Source of the DNA: Eledone cirrhosa
Lineage: Eukaryota
Direction of reading: 5' to 3'
NCBI GenBank assembly: GCA_964016885.1
Contig: OZ024740.1
Coordinates: 258,416,001-258,480,000, forward strand
DNA length: 64,000 nucleotides
The notes beneath the pieces were generated by a model, which saw only the letters and a program-made list of their open reading frames with translations, searched no databases and was not told where the DNA came from. Shown here in pieces: positions 1 to 16,229 of the stretch (the first letter of the stretch is position 1; each line of letters begins with the position of its first letter). A program made the translations under genes and the position numbers.

Positions 1-960
1 AGGGCAGTTGCTCAGCAGTACCGCAGTTAATCTATGGATGAAAAACTGTATGCTTATGAGCTAAAAATCATGCATGGATATGTTGCCAGGAAGCTTCAGA
101 GTGAGAGTAATATAGATAAACAAAGTAGTCTATCTTGGACCAACAACCGCTGGATACGCTTTTGCAATCCAAGAACAGGAAATCAACACGACATACCTGA
201 TTCACAAAAGAGATAGGGATGGAGGCAAAACACCTAGATGTGACAACAAATGCAGACTCTGCAGAATTAACATCGAAGATGTCACCCATGTCATAAGCAG
301 CTGTCCAAAGATGTCATCAGCGTACCTATGAGTCGTGAAGTAGTGGCCAAAACACTGTAGGATGCAATCTGTAGAAAAGATAGCCCTGATAATAAACACA
401 TTAAAAGCTACAGCAATGTGGAAGACATACGTATACATAATATGAAAGAGTACTGGTGGAATGTTCCAGTAAAAACCCCAATAAAATGCAGACATAACTG
501 ACCAGATATAATGTTATGGGACAGGGAAAAGAAGGCATGCACAGTAGTGGAAGTTCGCTGCCCAGAAGATGCCAATATAATATCAAAGATTAGCGAAAAG
601 GGGAATATCTATGCAGAACTAATGAGAAATCTGCAGATACTCCACTCTGACTATACCTTCAGATTTATGCCTGTGATTATTGGGGCATTGGGATATTTTA
701 GTAACTTCCTCAATATAAATCTTGAGAAGCTGGGCTTCACAGAAACAGAAAGAACACAACTAGTTAGTAAATTACAAGTACAATCCATTAATGGAACAGT
801 AAAAATATGTAAAACATTCCAAAATTTTGAATCTAATAACTGCATATACACATGTACAGATACAAAGCGTATGCACATGCACACATACAACTCAAAGCAT
901 ACACATCCACACATACAATAACATACATACCTGCACACACAAGCATGCATGCAGACATGC
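1..960 (+). mobile_element. Decayed 3' fragment of an R4/Dong-like non-LTR retrotransposon (CCHC zinc knuckle + restriction-like endonuclease)
   Basis: Across frames it reads CRLCRINIEDVTHVISSCP, then PDIMLWDREKKACTVVEVRCP...FMPVIIGALG, homologous to the C-terminus of the 47690-49060 ORF; stops and frameshifts present. Confidence 0.8.
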
Positions 961-1149
961 ATATATATCTACCTAGTTGTGGTGTAAATTCAAATGAGAG
1001 TCTTGTAACTATGTTAGAAACTGACTCTCTCTCTCTATTGGCAAAAATTTGTGAAATTATAAAACCAGAAGAACATACATACATACAGCATTTGAGTGTC
1101 GCATCATATCCCTCCCCCAATATCTACGAACACCAGGCGTAGAAGCCCT

Positions 1150-2200
1150 TCTAGAGAACTAGTCTCTCTACAGGAGGCAGATAATATCATGGGAGTCAGG
1201 AAGGAGCTGCTTGAGAGATATTCCCTGCATGATAACCAAAACGTCAGATCCAGGGAAATTGCACAGCAATATCGCAGTGAATTTATGCTTTCCACCAATA
1301 AATTATGTGAAGTTATGTTGCCAGAAAGCTTCAAAGTGAGAGTAATATAAATAAGGAGATAGTCTATGTTGGACCAACAACCTATAAATTGGCTCTCACT
1401 TTGACACATATGCTCTTGCAATCCTAGTACAGGAAATGACAACGAAATACCTGATGCACAAAAGAGATAGGGATGCAGGCAAAATATTTAGATGTGACAA
1501 CAGAGGCAGATTCTGCAGAATCTGTTAACCACAATATAAGCAGATGTCCAAAGATATTGTCACAATACTATGTACCTATGAGGCATGACATAATGACCGA
1601 ATCACTATACAATGAAATTCGCAGGAAAGATAATCCTGAGAATAAACATAAAATGTTACAGTGATGTGGGGAGCATATGCACATAATATAAAAGAGAATT
1701 GATGGAATGTTCCAATCAAACCCCAATAAAATGCAAACATAACAAATCAGACATGGGGAAATGGGACAGAGAAAAGAAGGCATGCACAGTAGTGGACCTC
1801 AGCTGCCCAGCTGATTTCAATATAGTGCTAAAGATTAGCGAAAAGATAACTTTTTTCTGAACTAATGAGGAATCTGCAGATACTCCACTCTGAGTCTACC
1901 TTTACATTTGTATCTGTGATTATTGGGGTTCTGTAATATGTTACTAACTGCCTCAATATAAATCATGAAAAGCTGGTCTTCACAGAACCAGAAATAGTAC
2001 AGCTAGTTACGAAGTTCCAAATATAGTCCATTAATGGGACTGTACAAAATATGCAAAACATTCCAAATATTCAGCATATAACAATTACATATACACATAT
2101 ATAGATACAGAAACATATACACGTGTATACATATAACTTAAAACATACAAATGAACACATACAATACCATCCATACCTGCACAGACAACAAATACCTACA
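1150..2200 (+). mobile_element. Second, more decayed copy of the same R4/Dong-like 3' fragment (tandem)
   Basis: Nucleotide similarity to 1-960 (e.g. cacaaaagagatagggatg, gaaggcatgcacagtagtgga, aatctgcagatactccactctga). Confidence 0.75.
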
Positions 2201-2205
2201 GGCAT

Positions 2206-2239
<34 letters not shown>

Positions 2240-2974
2240 TTATTTATACATATGCGCATGCATATATATATACATATACATACACACACACACGGACGCG
2301 CACACATGCAAATATGGATACAAATGCATATATATATATAACTCAGGGTAGTCCCTTACAATTAAATAGCTCTAAGAAAAAAGCTTTTCCGAGCCGTACA
2401 ATATAATTGAATAAACAAGAGAGATGAACACTAATATAAACATACATGTGTTCGAATCGTAAGGGGCAAATTTGCTAGGGTGAAAAAATACTAACTACAC
2501 CAATATAGTTTGTTATCCTTAACTTTAAATATTAAATTAATAAAAATTAAGAAAAATAACAGATATATATATATTTATAACCGTTCTCTCAATATGCTTA
2601 AGATTCTTTACAAGCTGGGTGTGATTTGCAGGGATCATAAGAACTTCTCTACCTTCCTTAAATAATTTATGAAAAATTTAGGGAAAATATAGAAATATTA
2701 TTATCCTAAAGTAGAAACAATTATTATCAAATAGAAATTAAATATTTAATGCTTTCAACTGTTGCCTCAACCATTGTTCTCGGTGTCTTGTATCAAAATT
2801 ATTTAAGGATACACATTTAAATGTTTTAAGATGATTGTTTCAATTGTTTTATCGATGTGATAGCCTGCTCATGAACTAAAGGTGCAAGTGCCTGAGCATA
2901 TCACGGAAGTATGTATTTTTAACGTAGTTCTCGAGAAATTTAGTGTGACACAGTGAATGACAAGGTTCACCGTT

Positions 2975-3118
2975 TGAATTATAGTTAGATCTCCATCCGA
3001 GCGGACTGAAGCAACTAAAAATAAAGTATCTTGCGCAAGGAGACAACGTGTCACCGGAAATCGAAAACATGACCTAATGATCGTGAACTGAACACTGCAA
3101 CCGCTGGGCCACGCGCAA
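2975..3118 (-). mobile_element. tRNA-derived SINE head (degenerate)
   Basis: Reverse complement has A-box-like GTGGCCCAGCGG and B-box-like GTTTTCGATTTCC, followed by ttgtctccttgcgcaagatactt, similar to the copy at 30152. Confidence 0.5.
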
Positions 3119-3535
3119 GCACATAACTACAATATAAAAACAACACAGCTGTTTCCTTTAGTTCTCTGTTGGGTGACACATGTGCTTGAAAACGGAAGTA
3201 CTCTTTTTCTTAATGAATTGATGCATGACAAGAAAATAAACCTGAAATTCAGTGTCTTCTATTGTTCACTATATTTGGTGTCAACCATGGCGAATTTTCT
3301 TTGAAATTAACTTGAAAAGAGTAAAAAAAAATTAATAAACTAAAAACAAAGAATGAAAGGAAGTGAAGGACGGCAGACAGTTTCTATATTCAATACTGTA
3401 AGTAAATGTGTATCGAATTGAAAGATTAAAAAATGTCTGCTATAAACTTATGTTACGTTTGCTATTATGTGAAATACATACCTTGTTGCAGATTCTGCAC
3501 ATGTTTACGTGGGATTATTGGAAAATCAAACAACG

Positions 3536-3591
<56 letters not shown>

Positions 3592-3607
3592 ACACACACA
3601 CACTATA

Positions 3608-3713
<106 letters not shown>

Positions 3714-3969
3714 TATATATGAAAATGAAGTTGAAAATGTTATTTGAATCTTTAAGAAGATTTATTCATAATAATTTTACTTGTTATATCGTGCTGTGTT
3801 TCACATCGAGACACATCGGCACCTAGCCATACATCTCTCCATCTCATTTAGCTTTTGAAAATCAGTAAATTTACTATTAATAAATCTTCTTAAATACTCA
3901 AGTTACATTTTCAATTTCTTTCTCCTATATTACTACCCGTGTGAAATAGAAAAGAAACCTTACTTTCTG

Positions 3970-4024
<55 letters not shown>

Positions 4025-4296
4025 GTGTGTGTGTGTAATCAATTCAATTTTAGAATTAATACTTGGTACTGTTGTGCAACAGATTTCCACTCATATATAT
4101 CCTTTATTGCTCAAAATCACGGTTTCAGTTGGGATATCACCATGAAGCACATTTTGTAAATGAAATCGACCATAATCTCTTTTCGACCAAAATCTTTGAC
4201 TTAAATTTGGTAAAGGGAAACAGCGTGGATATATTCAGTGGAACGGCTTCAATTCTTGTGTGACAGATATCATTCATTATCTATTTTACAATTTTA

Positions 4297-4487
4297 AGGC
4301 CGGTGGATTGGCAGTATCGGTAGAGGGTCGGACGCCATGCTTTGTGGCATAGTTACGTCCCTTTACGATCTGAGTTCAAATCCCGCCGAGGTTGACTTTG
4401 CCTTTCATCCTTACGGGGTCGATAAAATAAAGTACCAGTAATGCACTGGGTAATTGCTGGCCTTGTGCCTAAAGTAGAAACAATTAT
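4297..4487 (+). mobile_element. tRNA-derived SINE (octopus-type), full-length copy
   Basis: A-box-like TGGCAGTATCGG, B box GAGTTCAAATCC, core gcctttcatccttacggggtcgataaaataaagtaccag; at least five more copies in the window. Confidence 0.8.
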
Positions 4488-5623
4488 GGATTTTATCATC
4501 CCAATATTTACTAATAAAATACACTGTATTTTGTTTAACTAATTAACAATTTAGAAGGATTTACTGACATTACTAATGATTTCAATATTTAGATAACATG
4601 AGGAGAGAACATTTTAATTTAAATAGAATTCTTTAAAATTGAGTGGCTTTGTTTCAACACGTTTTCTTCGAATAATCCGTCTTGAAAATGGCTCGTATGT
4701 GCTACCTATCCTCCTTAATTAAGCCATAATTTGTTTTTTAAACCTTGAATACAAGTGACATTGCAATGATGTTCATATTTAACCACACAATTATTTAAGC
4801 AATATTGATTCAAATTCTCTCGACACTCGGGACTGTAAACGGTAGGAATTCACAAACAAAACTTGACTGAGATGTATCAGGTTTAACGAATTGTCTGTGA
4901 TTTGATAAAACAACATACAATAGAATTTTGTGGATGACAACTGAGTTTTTCTACAGAAGCAGCAGTAGAGAGCTATGAAAAATATCACAAAGAGGATATT
5001 TTCCGTGTAGTGAGGCTGGTCGTGCGACAGCCAATACTTATTCATAGGCAAAAACGACAGCCCCCCTCCATAAAGCTTTATTATCTTTAGCTGATAAAGT
5101 GTGGAACTGTACACGACACCCTAGTGTTCCTATCAGGTCCCTGTCCCCAACATTTAACTCTTCTACACATCTGACCTATGATAATAGATAAAACCTTAGA
5201 ACAATATACACAACTTAGAGAACCCGTTGAAATGTTTTCTGTTTGGGCAGTTTGCTTCATTGGTAATTTTATCACGTGGTCAGTCGGCCCCAATTGTTAA
5301 GGGAGTATTAAGTAACACTAATGGATGCGTATCCCCACGTATTTTACTTCCATTAAGCATGGTGGGGGCACACAAAAGTCAAAAAGCCATATCTTTAAAT
5401 AAACAGGGGGATTAGGAGCGACATGTCAACAGAATAAGAATCAGACAAATAACGACAAAAGGACACACACAGACACATGTACACATACACATTCACACAC
5501 AATTATGTTCACATACACACACAAACACATTTACACCCACACAGACACATGTTCACATACACACATAGACACGTGTACACATACATACACACATACACAG
5601 ACACACATAGACGCATATATATA

Positions 5624-5695
<72 letters not shown>

Positions 5696-7539
5696 CATAC
5701 TCATGTTCATAGATACATACATATATACATTCACACATACATACCTATATACATACATACATTCATTCATACACACATAAATACAGACATACATATAAAT
5801 ATATATTTGGATGTATGTATTCGTGTGTTTACGTTTGTGTGGGGGATGTGGAGCTTTCAATAGAGACAGTGATAATAGATATATAGAGATGACAGTGGTG
5901 TTGTTATAGTTGTGGAAGTTAATGGCAGAGGTGATGGTGGCAGTGCTGGCGGCGGTGGTGACAGTGGTGGTGGCGGTGACGTGTAGGTGAGGTGGTGAGG
6001 CAGTGTTTCTTAAATGCATTTTAGCTACTTATTTTATTGTTTTCACTGCAATACCACTTTGTTAATTCCACTATTGTCAAAGATATTTTGACAAACCCTC
6101 CCCCTCATACTCTTCCTCTTCACGCGCCTCCTCTTCCTCACCCGACAAAGAAATGTCCCAGGATGGAAGGAAAGGAAACCAAAACACTGAAGAAGTTTCA
6201 GACATAAACATTGGAATTCTTTCACTACTCCGGCCGTTGGCGTCTAAATGAGGGTGGGTGGGGTTTTGTTGTTGGATAAAGGTGGTAGGAGGAAAGAGAG
6301 GGGAAAGGGTTGAGTATAAGGGAATATAGAGGAGGGTGTTGGACGAAGACTTTTGGTGGTGGTGGTGGTGGTGATGGTGACGGTGGTGGTTATGGCGGTG
6401 GTTTATCGTAAAATCCCTTAATCTTTAACTCTACAAAATACTTCAGCACTGCTGGTATAGTCACTGCATCCAACTCTCTCATTTTCACCATCTCTCACTA
6501 TTATAAGCAAATGAGGCCCACGCGCTGGCCGGCCCGCGACCACGGCGCACAGGACAGAGAAGACAAAACCGTGTACACACACATACACAAACACATACAC
6601 ATACACACACACATCTATACGTAGGTCGATACATACATACAACATAACGCATGCGCACATAAATGGATACATACGCCGCTCGGTCTGGTGGTAGTTATTG
6701 CTGAATTTGTATTTGTATTGGTTGTCACACTGGTAGTGTTGGTGTTACTCCTGCTGGTGGTAGTCATGATGGTAATGGATATTTAAGTTGTTCTTGTAGT
6801 AATAGTGGTGGCGGTGGCGGTGTTTATTGCTGATATTGTAGTTGTTGTGTTTGTGGTTTGTAGTTATGGTGGTTTAGAAACAATAGTTGAAGTACCACAA
6901 CAAGTGGGCTGGAATGAAGAAGTAAAATATCTGAACACCCAAGTGTTGCTGTATGAAGATATGACGACAATAACAACAACCATAACAACAGCAATAATAA
7001 CAACAACAATAACAACAACAATAACAACAAAAATAACAATAGCAATAACAACAACATATCTTAGATAAACAGTAGCAGAAGAGACAAGAGATAGAGAGTC
7101 AGCGAGGTGGGAATGGGGGAGAGTGGGAGAGTGTAAAAGAGATTGATGATAGAAAGAGAGACATAGTTGTTGAGAGGAGAGAGAGACCCGGAGTGGTGAG
7201 AGAGATAAAGAGAATAAGTGAGAGAGAATCAGAGACAAAGGGGGTCGAAAGAGGAATTTATGTCCTGGCTAAAGAACACTACGTGCCGCTCGGTCTGGTA
7301 ATCGTATCAACGACGCGAATGTATGTATCCATGCATGTATGTACGCATGCATGCATATTTTATGTATGTTTCGATCTATATATAGATGTGTGTGAGTGTT
7401 TGTATGCGTGTGTGTGTGTGTGTGTGTTTATGTGTGTGTGTATGTGTGTGTGTATGTGTATGTGTGAGTGTGTGTGTGTGTGTGATTTGTGTACAGGGTT
7501 TTCATTAATTATCTTTACAATTTGAAGAATTCAGAAAAA

Positions 7540-8600
7540 AATGAAAAAAAACACCAATATTGGAAAAACCATCAGAACAGTTGAAAGCGGGCGCCATTGC
7601 TTGTATACAGCACATCCAGACGATGGTCAGTTACTGACCATGTGTGTTGGAGCATCCCCTCGTCAATGGTGGATATGTTTTGATGTATTCTTTCCTTGAT
7701 ACCATTGAGGTCTTTAACGTAGCCCCATAAATAGAAGTCTAGATAGGTTTACATCTGGTGGCCTGGGTGTTCAAGGAAATGGATCCTCTCTTCAAATTCA
7801 CCAGCTTAGAAATATTTCATTAAGAAACTCCCGAACAGTGAAGCTGCAATGGGATATCACACCGTCTTGCTAGAAAATAACTTTTGGCAGCAAGTGGTAC
7901 AAATGTGGTGCGACAAATTTCTATAAAAGATAAAGGAAAATCTTAGAAGTAATCGTTTCTTCTGCCAAGACAAATGGGCCAATCGCAAGACCAAACATGA
8001 GACCGCATGAAACATTGACTTTGTGCTGTTTCTATTCAATACTCTTGTGTGGGTTTTCCGAACTATAGATCCTAATGTGTTTATTTATCATTCCTGATAC
8101 CTTAAACAAATCTTTCGAAGAAAAACTGCGTCTCCCTCTATTCGAGCTAACATGCCCACTGCATGTCATCTAGCTGAAATGCTTAGAAAAGTTGCATTTT
8201 ATAGGCATAAAATCTCACGTTCTTGTTCAAAACTTTGTGAACTCGACCATGGTAAGCTTAAATGTCTACTTGCAGTACCAATAGATTTTGTTGGAGGACT
8301 ACGATGAAATACTGCGCGAATTCGCTCAATATTTCCAACAGATGTTTGGGTTGCTGGCCTCCGTGTTCTGTAAGACGCTTCCTGGTTCCATAAACATATT
8401 ATGCTAGGCACGGATACTAATATGACTTGGTGTTTCTCCCATATGATTATAATTCCGCTGGATCTGTGTGTCTGATTTGGTCTCTATGAACCACGGTACA
8501 GGTAGTGCTTTCTCTTGTAGTGTTGTCATTTTTATTTAAAGTCAGGGATCAATAATAAGTAATTTTAGTATCTCCCTGAAACGACAAACGAAAGTGAATT
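7540..8600 (-). mobile_element. Decayed Tc1/mariner-superfamily transposase pseudogene
   Basis: Minus frames give WFIETKSDTQIQRNY, GRPATQTSVGNIERIRAVFHRSPPTKSIGTASRHLSLP and a degenerate WPPRSPDL..LWGYVKD motif (tggggctacgttaaagac). Confidence 0.7.
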
Positions 8601-9381
8601 AAATATTAATTTAAAATACATAAATGAAAATTTTGATATATTTTTTACATGCAAAGAGTGAATTGATGGGTCTTAATTAACCTTAATAGATACAATGTTA
8701 GCTAGGTGTGTATCTATAGTTACAGGCGGCGCGCCGTTCGAAGCACTCAATGCTGTTACGAGGTCCGTCTCGTTTGGGTTGTATTCCAGAGTTATCGCGG
8801 CTGTAGGGCCCGGTCGTCTTGATTGTACCCTCAGCTGATCGATATCGAAACAATTGAAATATGCCAATAAAGTTTGTACTTATGCTGCAACACTAACTTC
8901 GATTCTCTCACCCCTAAATTACTATCACTTTCTCTTGATCATTAACATCTCTTACAACTAATACAGGCCCACTATATAGGCTCACTCCACTTTGTCCTTC
9001 ACTGCTCTGAATACACACATACACACCCTTACATTAACATACTTTTGCTCATAGCTTCGTACTTACATGCACACACACTCTTTTACTCACATATACACAC
9101 ACATTTCTTCTTAGCTTCATACCGACGTATAATAACACACACACACACACACATGCTTACGAACGTGCACAAGTATAGCTCTTTTTACAAAACTGTTTCT
9201 TTTCCATTTCAGTTAGACGCGCTCCATCATCCATTTTCTAAAAAATAAATCATACACAAAACGCCAGCACCAACAGTTTTGCAAGAGATATGATTATGAA
9301 AGGACTTGCTATTTTTATCTAAAGATATTTTTTCCAATCCCAACCCATCCATCCCCTCAATCTATCTTATTTCTCATTCTT

Positions 9382-9418
9382 TCTTCTGGTGAAGGACTAG
9401 CGTCCGAAACATTAAGAC
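9382..9418 (+). ncRNA. Minimal hammerhead ribozyme motif (core-mutated) in a short PLE pLTR remnant
   Basis: TCTT CTGGTGA A GGAC TAGC GTCC GAAAC ATT AAGA; same family as 31818 and 58021. Confidence 0.55.
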
Positions 9419-9498
9419 CTTCTTCCTGCTATATCAAGTGTTAACCTAATATATCCCTTCCATATACTGTACCGATTGTGTTGTTATGTCTGTTTACG

Positions 9499-9616
<118 letters not shown>

Positions 9617-9662
9617 CGTAAAATAAGAAAATTATAAAATTAACTTACTTACTAAAAAATCA

Positions 9663-9744
9663 CTTCCAACTAATTAGTTTCTGGAATGGAGTAAATATAT
9701 TTTCCGAAGAAACATATGGAAAATCATTCCGTCATCAGGAAAGT
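9663..9744 (-). ncRNA. Type I hammerhead ribozyme motif with long stem II
   Basis: ACTTTC CTGATGA C GGAATG..(long insert)..CATTCC A GAAAC TAATTA GTT GGAAGT. Confidence 0.65.
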
Positions 9745-10183
9745 CTTTTTCCGTATAGGTCTCCAGGCATAGCGAGGACACTGGAAACTTATTAAAAAAA
9801 TAATTCAGTGGAATGGAAATAGCGAAGCGTGGACTGGATTCCAAGCCATTGAGAAAATCACTGCCTCTACGTCTGTGGCAAATTCAAAAAGAATCAAACA
9901 CGTGACATCGAGGTCAATCAGTGGAAAGCGAGTGGTTATTTAGACAGCGGCCAGCTTACTACCATAGTAGCAGTCATGGCCAAATATTGCTCGACAAATG
10001 AATTGGAGATAATTATAAGGAATTTATATCTAGTAACATTTATATACACACAGATGCATATCAATGCTAGCAAATATATAGGTTTTGTCTTATTAACAAT
10101 GTGGTTCAATGCATGGGGTTGCAGAACAATATGAGAGACGTAAAAAAGAAAATTATAAAATTAACTTACTTACTAAAAAATCA

Positions 10184-10265
10184 CTTCCAACTAATTAGTT
10201 TCTGGAATGGAGTAAATATATTTTCCGAAGAAACATATGGAAAATCATTCCGTCATCAGGAAAGT
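10184..10265 (-). ncRNA. Type I hammerhead ribozyme motif (tandem copy)
   Basis: Identical to the 9663-9744 motif. Confidence 0.65.
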
Positions 10266-10523
10266 CTTTTTCCGTATAGGTCTCCAGGCATAGCGAGGAC
10301 ACTGGAAACTTATTAAAAAAATAATTCAGTGGAATGGAAATAGCGAAGCGTGGACTGGATTCCAAGCCATTGAGAAAATCACTGCCTCTACGTCTGTGGC
10401 AAATTCAAAAAGAATCAATCACGTGACATCGAGGTCCACGCTTCGCTATTTCCATTCCACTGAATTATTTTTTTAATAAGTTTCCAGTGTCCTCGCTATG
10501 CCTGGAGACCTATACGGAAAAAG

Positions 10524-10606
10524 ACTTTCCTGATGACGGAATGATTTTCGATATGTTTCTTCGAAAAATATATTTACTCCATTCCAGAAACTAATTAGTT
10601 GGAAGT
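10524..10606 (+). ncRNA. Type I hammerhead ribozyme motif (inverted copy)
   Basis: CTGATGA at 10530, GAAA at 10587, GTT at 10598-10600, stem I ACTTTC/GGAAGT. Confidence 0.65.
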
Positions 10607-10932
10607 GATTTTTTAGTAAGTTAATTTTATAATTTTCTTATTTTACGTCTTTTATATTATTGTTCTGCAACCCCATGCATTGAACCACATTGTTAATAAG
10701 ACAAAACCTATATATTTGCTAGCATTGATATGCATCTGTGTGTATATAAATGTTACTAGATATAAATTCCTTATATATATATATATATATTTATTAAAAT
10801 AACAGATTATTTTAATAAATATTTGCTCTACGGTTCTTATATATTTGATATATATATATTTATCCTTATTGATCCCTCATTGGATTTTAGTCTTCAAATT
10901 TATTATTATTACTATATATATATATATATATA

Positions 10933-12398
<1,466 letters not shown>

Positions 12399-12403
12399 AA
12401 TGC

Positions 12404-12644
12404 AAGTATGTATGTATGTATGCGTACATACATATATGTATACAGACGTACAGTAGTATGTATATATATACATACATGCACACACATATATATATGCACG
12501 TACATTTATTATAATGGTCGGTTTGTTGGTAAACAAACAAACAGCCCGAATTACGCCGTACAGTGTTTGGGCAACCACGTCACCTTTTTTTTAAGTAACT
12601 GCCGTACTAAGAGTGAGAAATGAAATTTCGTTTCATTCTGTTCC

Positions 12645-12647
<3 letters not shown>
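12404..12647. repeat. Fragment of the Helentron-like dispersed repeat (same family as 32935 and 60001), internally inverted
   Basis: Shares aaacaaacagcccgaattacgccgtacagtg in + orientation and the reverse complement of gaaacgaaatttcatttctcactcttagtacggc. Confidence 0.65.
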
Positions 12648-12736
<89 letters not shown>

Positions 12737-13109
12737 TCTGTTTGCTGAGCACAATTTAATGTGAATGGTCATATGCTATTTCTAGCAGCTTTATTTTCCC
12801 ATTTGGACCACTAGCTACAGTCTGAAGCGCATATTTTTCCTTTTCTCTCCCCCCATGTTGACGACTAGTTACCTAATTTCGATTAGAAATGCAAGACATT
12901 TTCTGAAACATATCCCAGGTGTCATAGTTATGAAGGTTCGTTTTCAATTTTAATTAATCTCTTTGATTATAATGTATTTCCTGTAGCTCTCGCAGTTTTT
13001 ATGTTTTTCATTCTAGTGGTAATATACCCCCTGTAATGAAAACACATTCTTTTCGTGTGTTCTCTCCTCACTATATTATATATATATGTGTGTGTGTGTG
13101 TTAGGAAAA

Positions 13110-14045
13110 ACAGCAAGGCATGACTAGAAAGACTTATTTAATTATGCATGTTAGCACGTGTTTCATTATTGAGTTAGGGTCTAAACGGCCTGTTTAGATA
13201 TATTGATATTTCCAATCATTCTCCTGCAATACTCTACAGCTCGACAAATCGTCACAAAATAAATACAATTTTTAGAATTTGAGTGATAGTATCAAATGTG
13301 AAGAGGGAGAATTGATAAGTTGTTCTAAGGGCTTCCACCAAATTCTGGGGCTACATAAATGGGACACGTCATTGGTTGAGAAATAGTTAATCTATAGTTC
13401 AAAGGGGATCGTATAAATCATGGAAGTGGTTACTATGGTAAAAAAATTAAAAGGCTTTGGATTTTTTAAATATTAGTAGTATCAGCCTGACAGTTACAGA
13501 CAAAGATGAAACTAAAGGGATAGATTTGGCGCCTCTAGTCTATGTAATAAACTTGGCTATTCGAAAGTGATATAAGTATCAGAAATTGAGAAACTGAGAT
13601 AGAGTAATAGGATCTAATCATGGGTTAGATTGGGTTATAATTAGAAAATGTTCTTAGGTATTTCGGCTTACGGTTGAATATCCTATCTTTTCTATATTTC
13701 AGTAATTTCTTTCCTGTCGATATTCTAGTACATCAATCACACAAAGTTCACAATCCTTCCTTTTACGTCGGTAGGGGTGGGCGAATCGTAGAATGGGCCA
13801 CGACAGATTATATTTATTTTTTCCATTTTTTAATTTCCATATTTACCTAGCCGAAGCGGTAGATGTTCAAAACTCTGGATTTTTAAACGAATGGATATGT
13901 GAATACCATCTTTATTCAAAAACATTTGATGTGGAACCCACATGTTTAAATATCTCATGGCTTGTTGTAACTTGTCAGAGGTACACAATATTGTTACTCA
14001 TCCAGTTACCCAATAGGCGGTAAATACAATGTGCCAGTGCATGTC
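13110..14045 (-). mobile_element. Highly decayed Naiad-type PLE 3' end (GIY-YIG remnant + pLTR with degenerate hammerhead)
   Basis: Minus strand HVGSTSNVFE*RWYSHIHSFKNP and KDCELC; CAGGAGA ATGATTG..CAATAAT GAAA CACGTG near 13160-13225. Confidence 0.5.
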
Positions 14046-14198
14046 GATTAATTTTTTTTTTTTTTCGTTAAGGTTAGATGTGTTGGTGGGCTGCGATAAG
14101 AATGCCTGCTTGCTGTTGTTAGTTTGGTGTGGAACAGTGGGTTGAGATGAGAATGAAGATGAGGTTCGATAGCTGCTATTATTTTTTTGAGGCGTTTA

Positions 14199-15400
14199 TT
14201 ACTTAGTCTCGCTATATAGCTTTCTAGGTTCGTTGTAGTTAGATATTTTGACTGTATTCCTGTTTTGGTGTGGCTCGCAGATCCAGAGGCCGAGCCTCAA
14301 GAAAACGCCGATGCGCAGGCTATTGTTATCTAGCTGCGTGCCAGTGGAGAAGGAGGGTAAGGCATGGAGCCAGGCACCACTGTGGAGTTTGGAGGCCGCA
14401 CAAAAACAGGCAAGGCGGTGCTGGTCAAGCAAGCTTGTGAGCCTGTCTGAAACCAGGCTGAACTGGATGGCATCCTAAATGCTTTGGGAGGACTTGACGT
14501 CAGCAGGGGTAGAAGGAGGAGGGACGTCTACTGGTCTAAGTCCTAGTCGGTCCCACGTCTCATAGGCGGCCTCACGTTCCCTGAACACAGAGGGTTCTAT
14601 TGTGTTTTGGAGAACCCTGCTGCCGAGGCCGCGTCATGAGGTTACCTACGAAAGGAATGCTGGCAAAGCCGGTGAGATCGGGGACCGGAGGCCAAGGCCG
14701 CCATACCTGACAGGTAAAGTGGCCTGTTGCCATCCAATGTCGTCAAACCTGACGTTGCATATCTCCTCGGCTGCTGCTCGGATACAAGTATCGAGGTCAG
14801 CGAGGAGAGATGCGTGGGTGTAGCACCGAGCGCTGCGAAGGGTATAGAGGAGCTTCGGCAGGGAGAAGCAGTTCCTGAACAGAAAGAGAGCTGGGTGGCC
14901 GTCGATCAAGCCCAGTCGGCTCGTGAGGGTCTAGAGTTGTTGGAGCCTGGACCTGATGGTGGAGCGGATGGCCGGCGGGTGGATCGGTGACCCGAGGATG
15001 AGGACATCCTCTTTGGGGGTCACCTGTACCTGGTGGAGAATGGACCGCACGTCCGAGACGGAGACTGCAAAGCTCTCAGGATCGTAGCTAACATTCACCA
15101 CCTTCGACTTGGACGAATTGACCTGGAGGCCGATTCCCGCCAGGGCAGGAACCACCGATTGTAGGTCATGGCAGACAGTCTGTACGGGCCCGCCCAACAT
15201 AGCATCATCCGGATACCAAACATTGAGAGGGGCCGTGATACTCCGGGCAATGTGGTCTATACCAAGGACAAACAGGAGCGGACTCAAAGGGTCACACCGT
15301 TGGACCCCAGTGGCCGAATGTATGACCGTATCAGCAGCAAGGAGCATGGGCTCCATACGACAGGTAGTCCAGCGAGTAGGCAGAGGGGGCTCGGCTGAGG
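14199..15400 (-). mobile_element. CRE-clade non-LTR retrotransposon fragment (RT pseudogene)
   Basis: [71 protein letters not shown]; GC-rich. Confidence 0.8.
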
Positions 15401-16160
15401 TAGGCATCGGGCAGATGGTCCCGGCGTATGCAGTTAAAGGCATTCCTCATGTCAAGCTTGACATTAATTGTATTGACTCTTGCATTATATACCCTTAACA
15501 TTACCTGATTTCCAATGCTAAGATATCTTTTATCTATCTTATCTTACATCTTTTTTTGCTTGTACCTTTTGCACATGTATTACCTTAAACAATATCTGTT
15601 TATACATAATATGCTTAATTTTTCACTTTTCACCATTGCTCCTTTTAATTGTGTCTTCTGGAGCATAACATTCATTTTTAATTCCCGACTTTCTATATGA
15701 TGTCTATGACACTGATAATAGTTATGTATCTACCTAAATGTTCTGAAGACTAGGATTTTAATTACCTGTTTAAACATTCTCTATGCTCCTATGAATCCAG
15801 ACATTCCTCTGGAAGAAACAATTGTCAGCAATTAAATGTATTAAACTAAGATTTGATTGTTTTAATATTTTGTATCTCGGCTCTGTAATACACTAGATAA
15901 TTTACATTGCGCCTTTTCTCCTACCGGTAACTGGCTAGTACTTAGTACTACCCTACCCTCCATATTTATAATTGTATATAAAGCATATATAAGTATAAAT
16001 ATTATTATTATTACTATATATATATAAGTAGAAGGGATATTTAATTTGTTGGAAGTCCGACAAATATAAATGTTTATAGCTGATTCAGAGCACTCGATAG
16101 TGTTCTGGAGTAAATATTCAATGATATTAAATAAATCGAAACTATATTTATAAAACCATA

Positions 16161-16229
16161 TTTATTTTATTATATATATTTGAAGGGCACCAAAACACTT
16201 TCGTACGCTTTCTTCAGATAAAATACAAA
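16161..16229 (-). ncRNA. Hammerhead motif in the inverted pLTR arm (GAAA mutated to CAAA)
   Basis: Reverse-complement copy of the 18847 motif with a core substitution. Confidence 0.55.

Noticed and set aside
4297-4390. tRNA gene
   Set aside because: A and B boxes belong to a multi-copy SINE head; no complete cloverleaf
5087-5200. CWGQGPD peptide resembling a furin-like/EGFR Cys-rich repeat
   Set aside because: Only a short match, Cys spacing is not maintained and no supporting exons are visible
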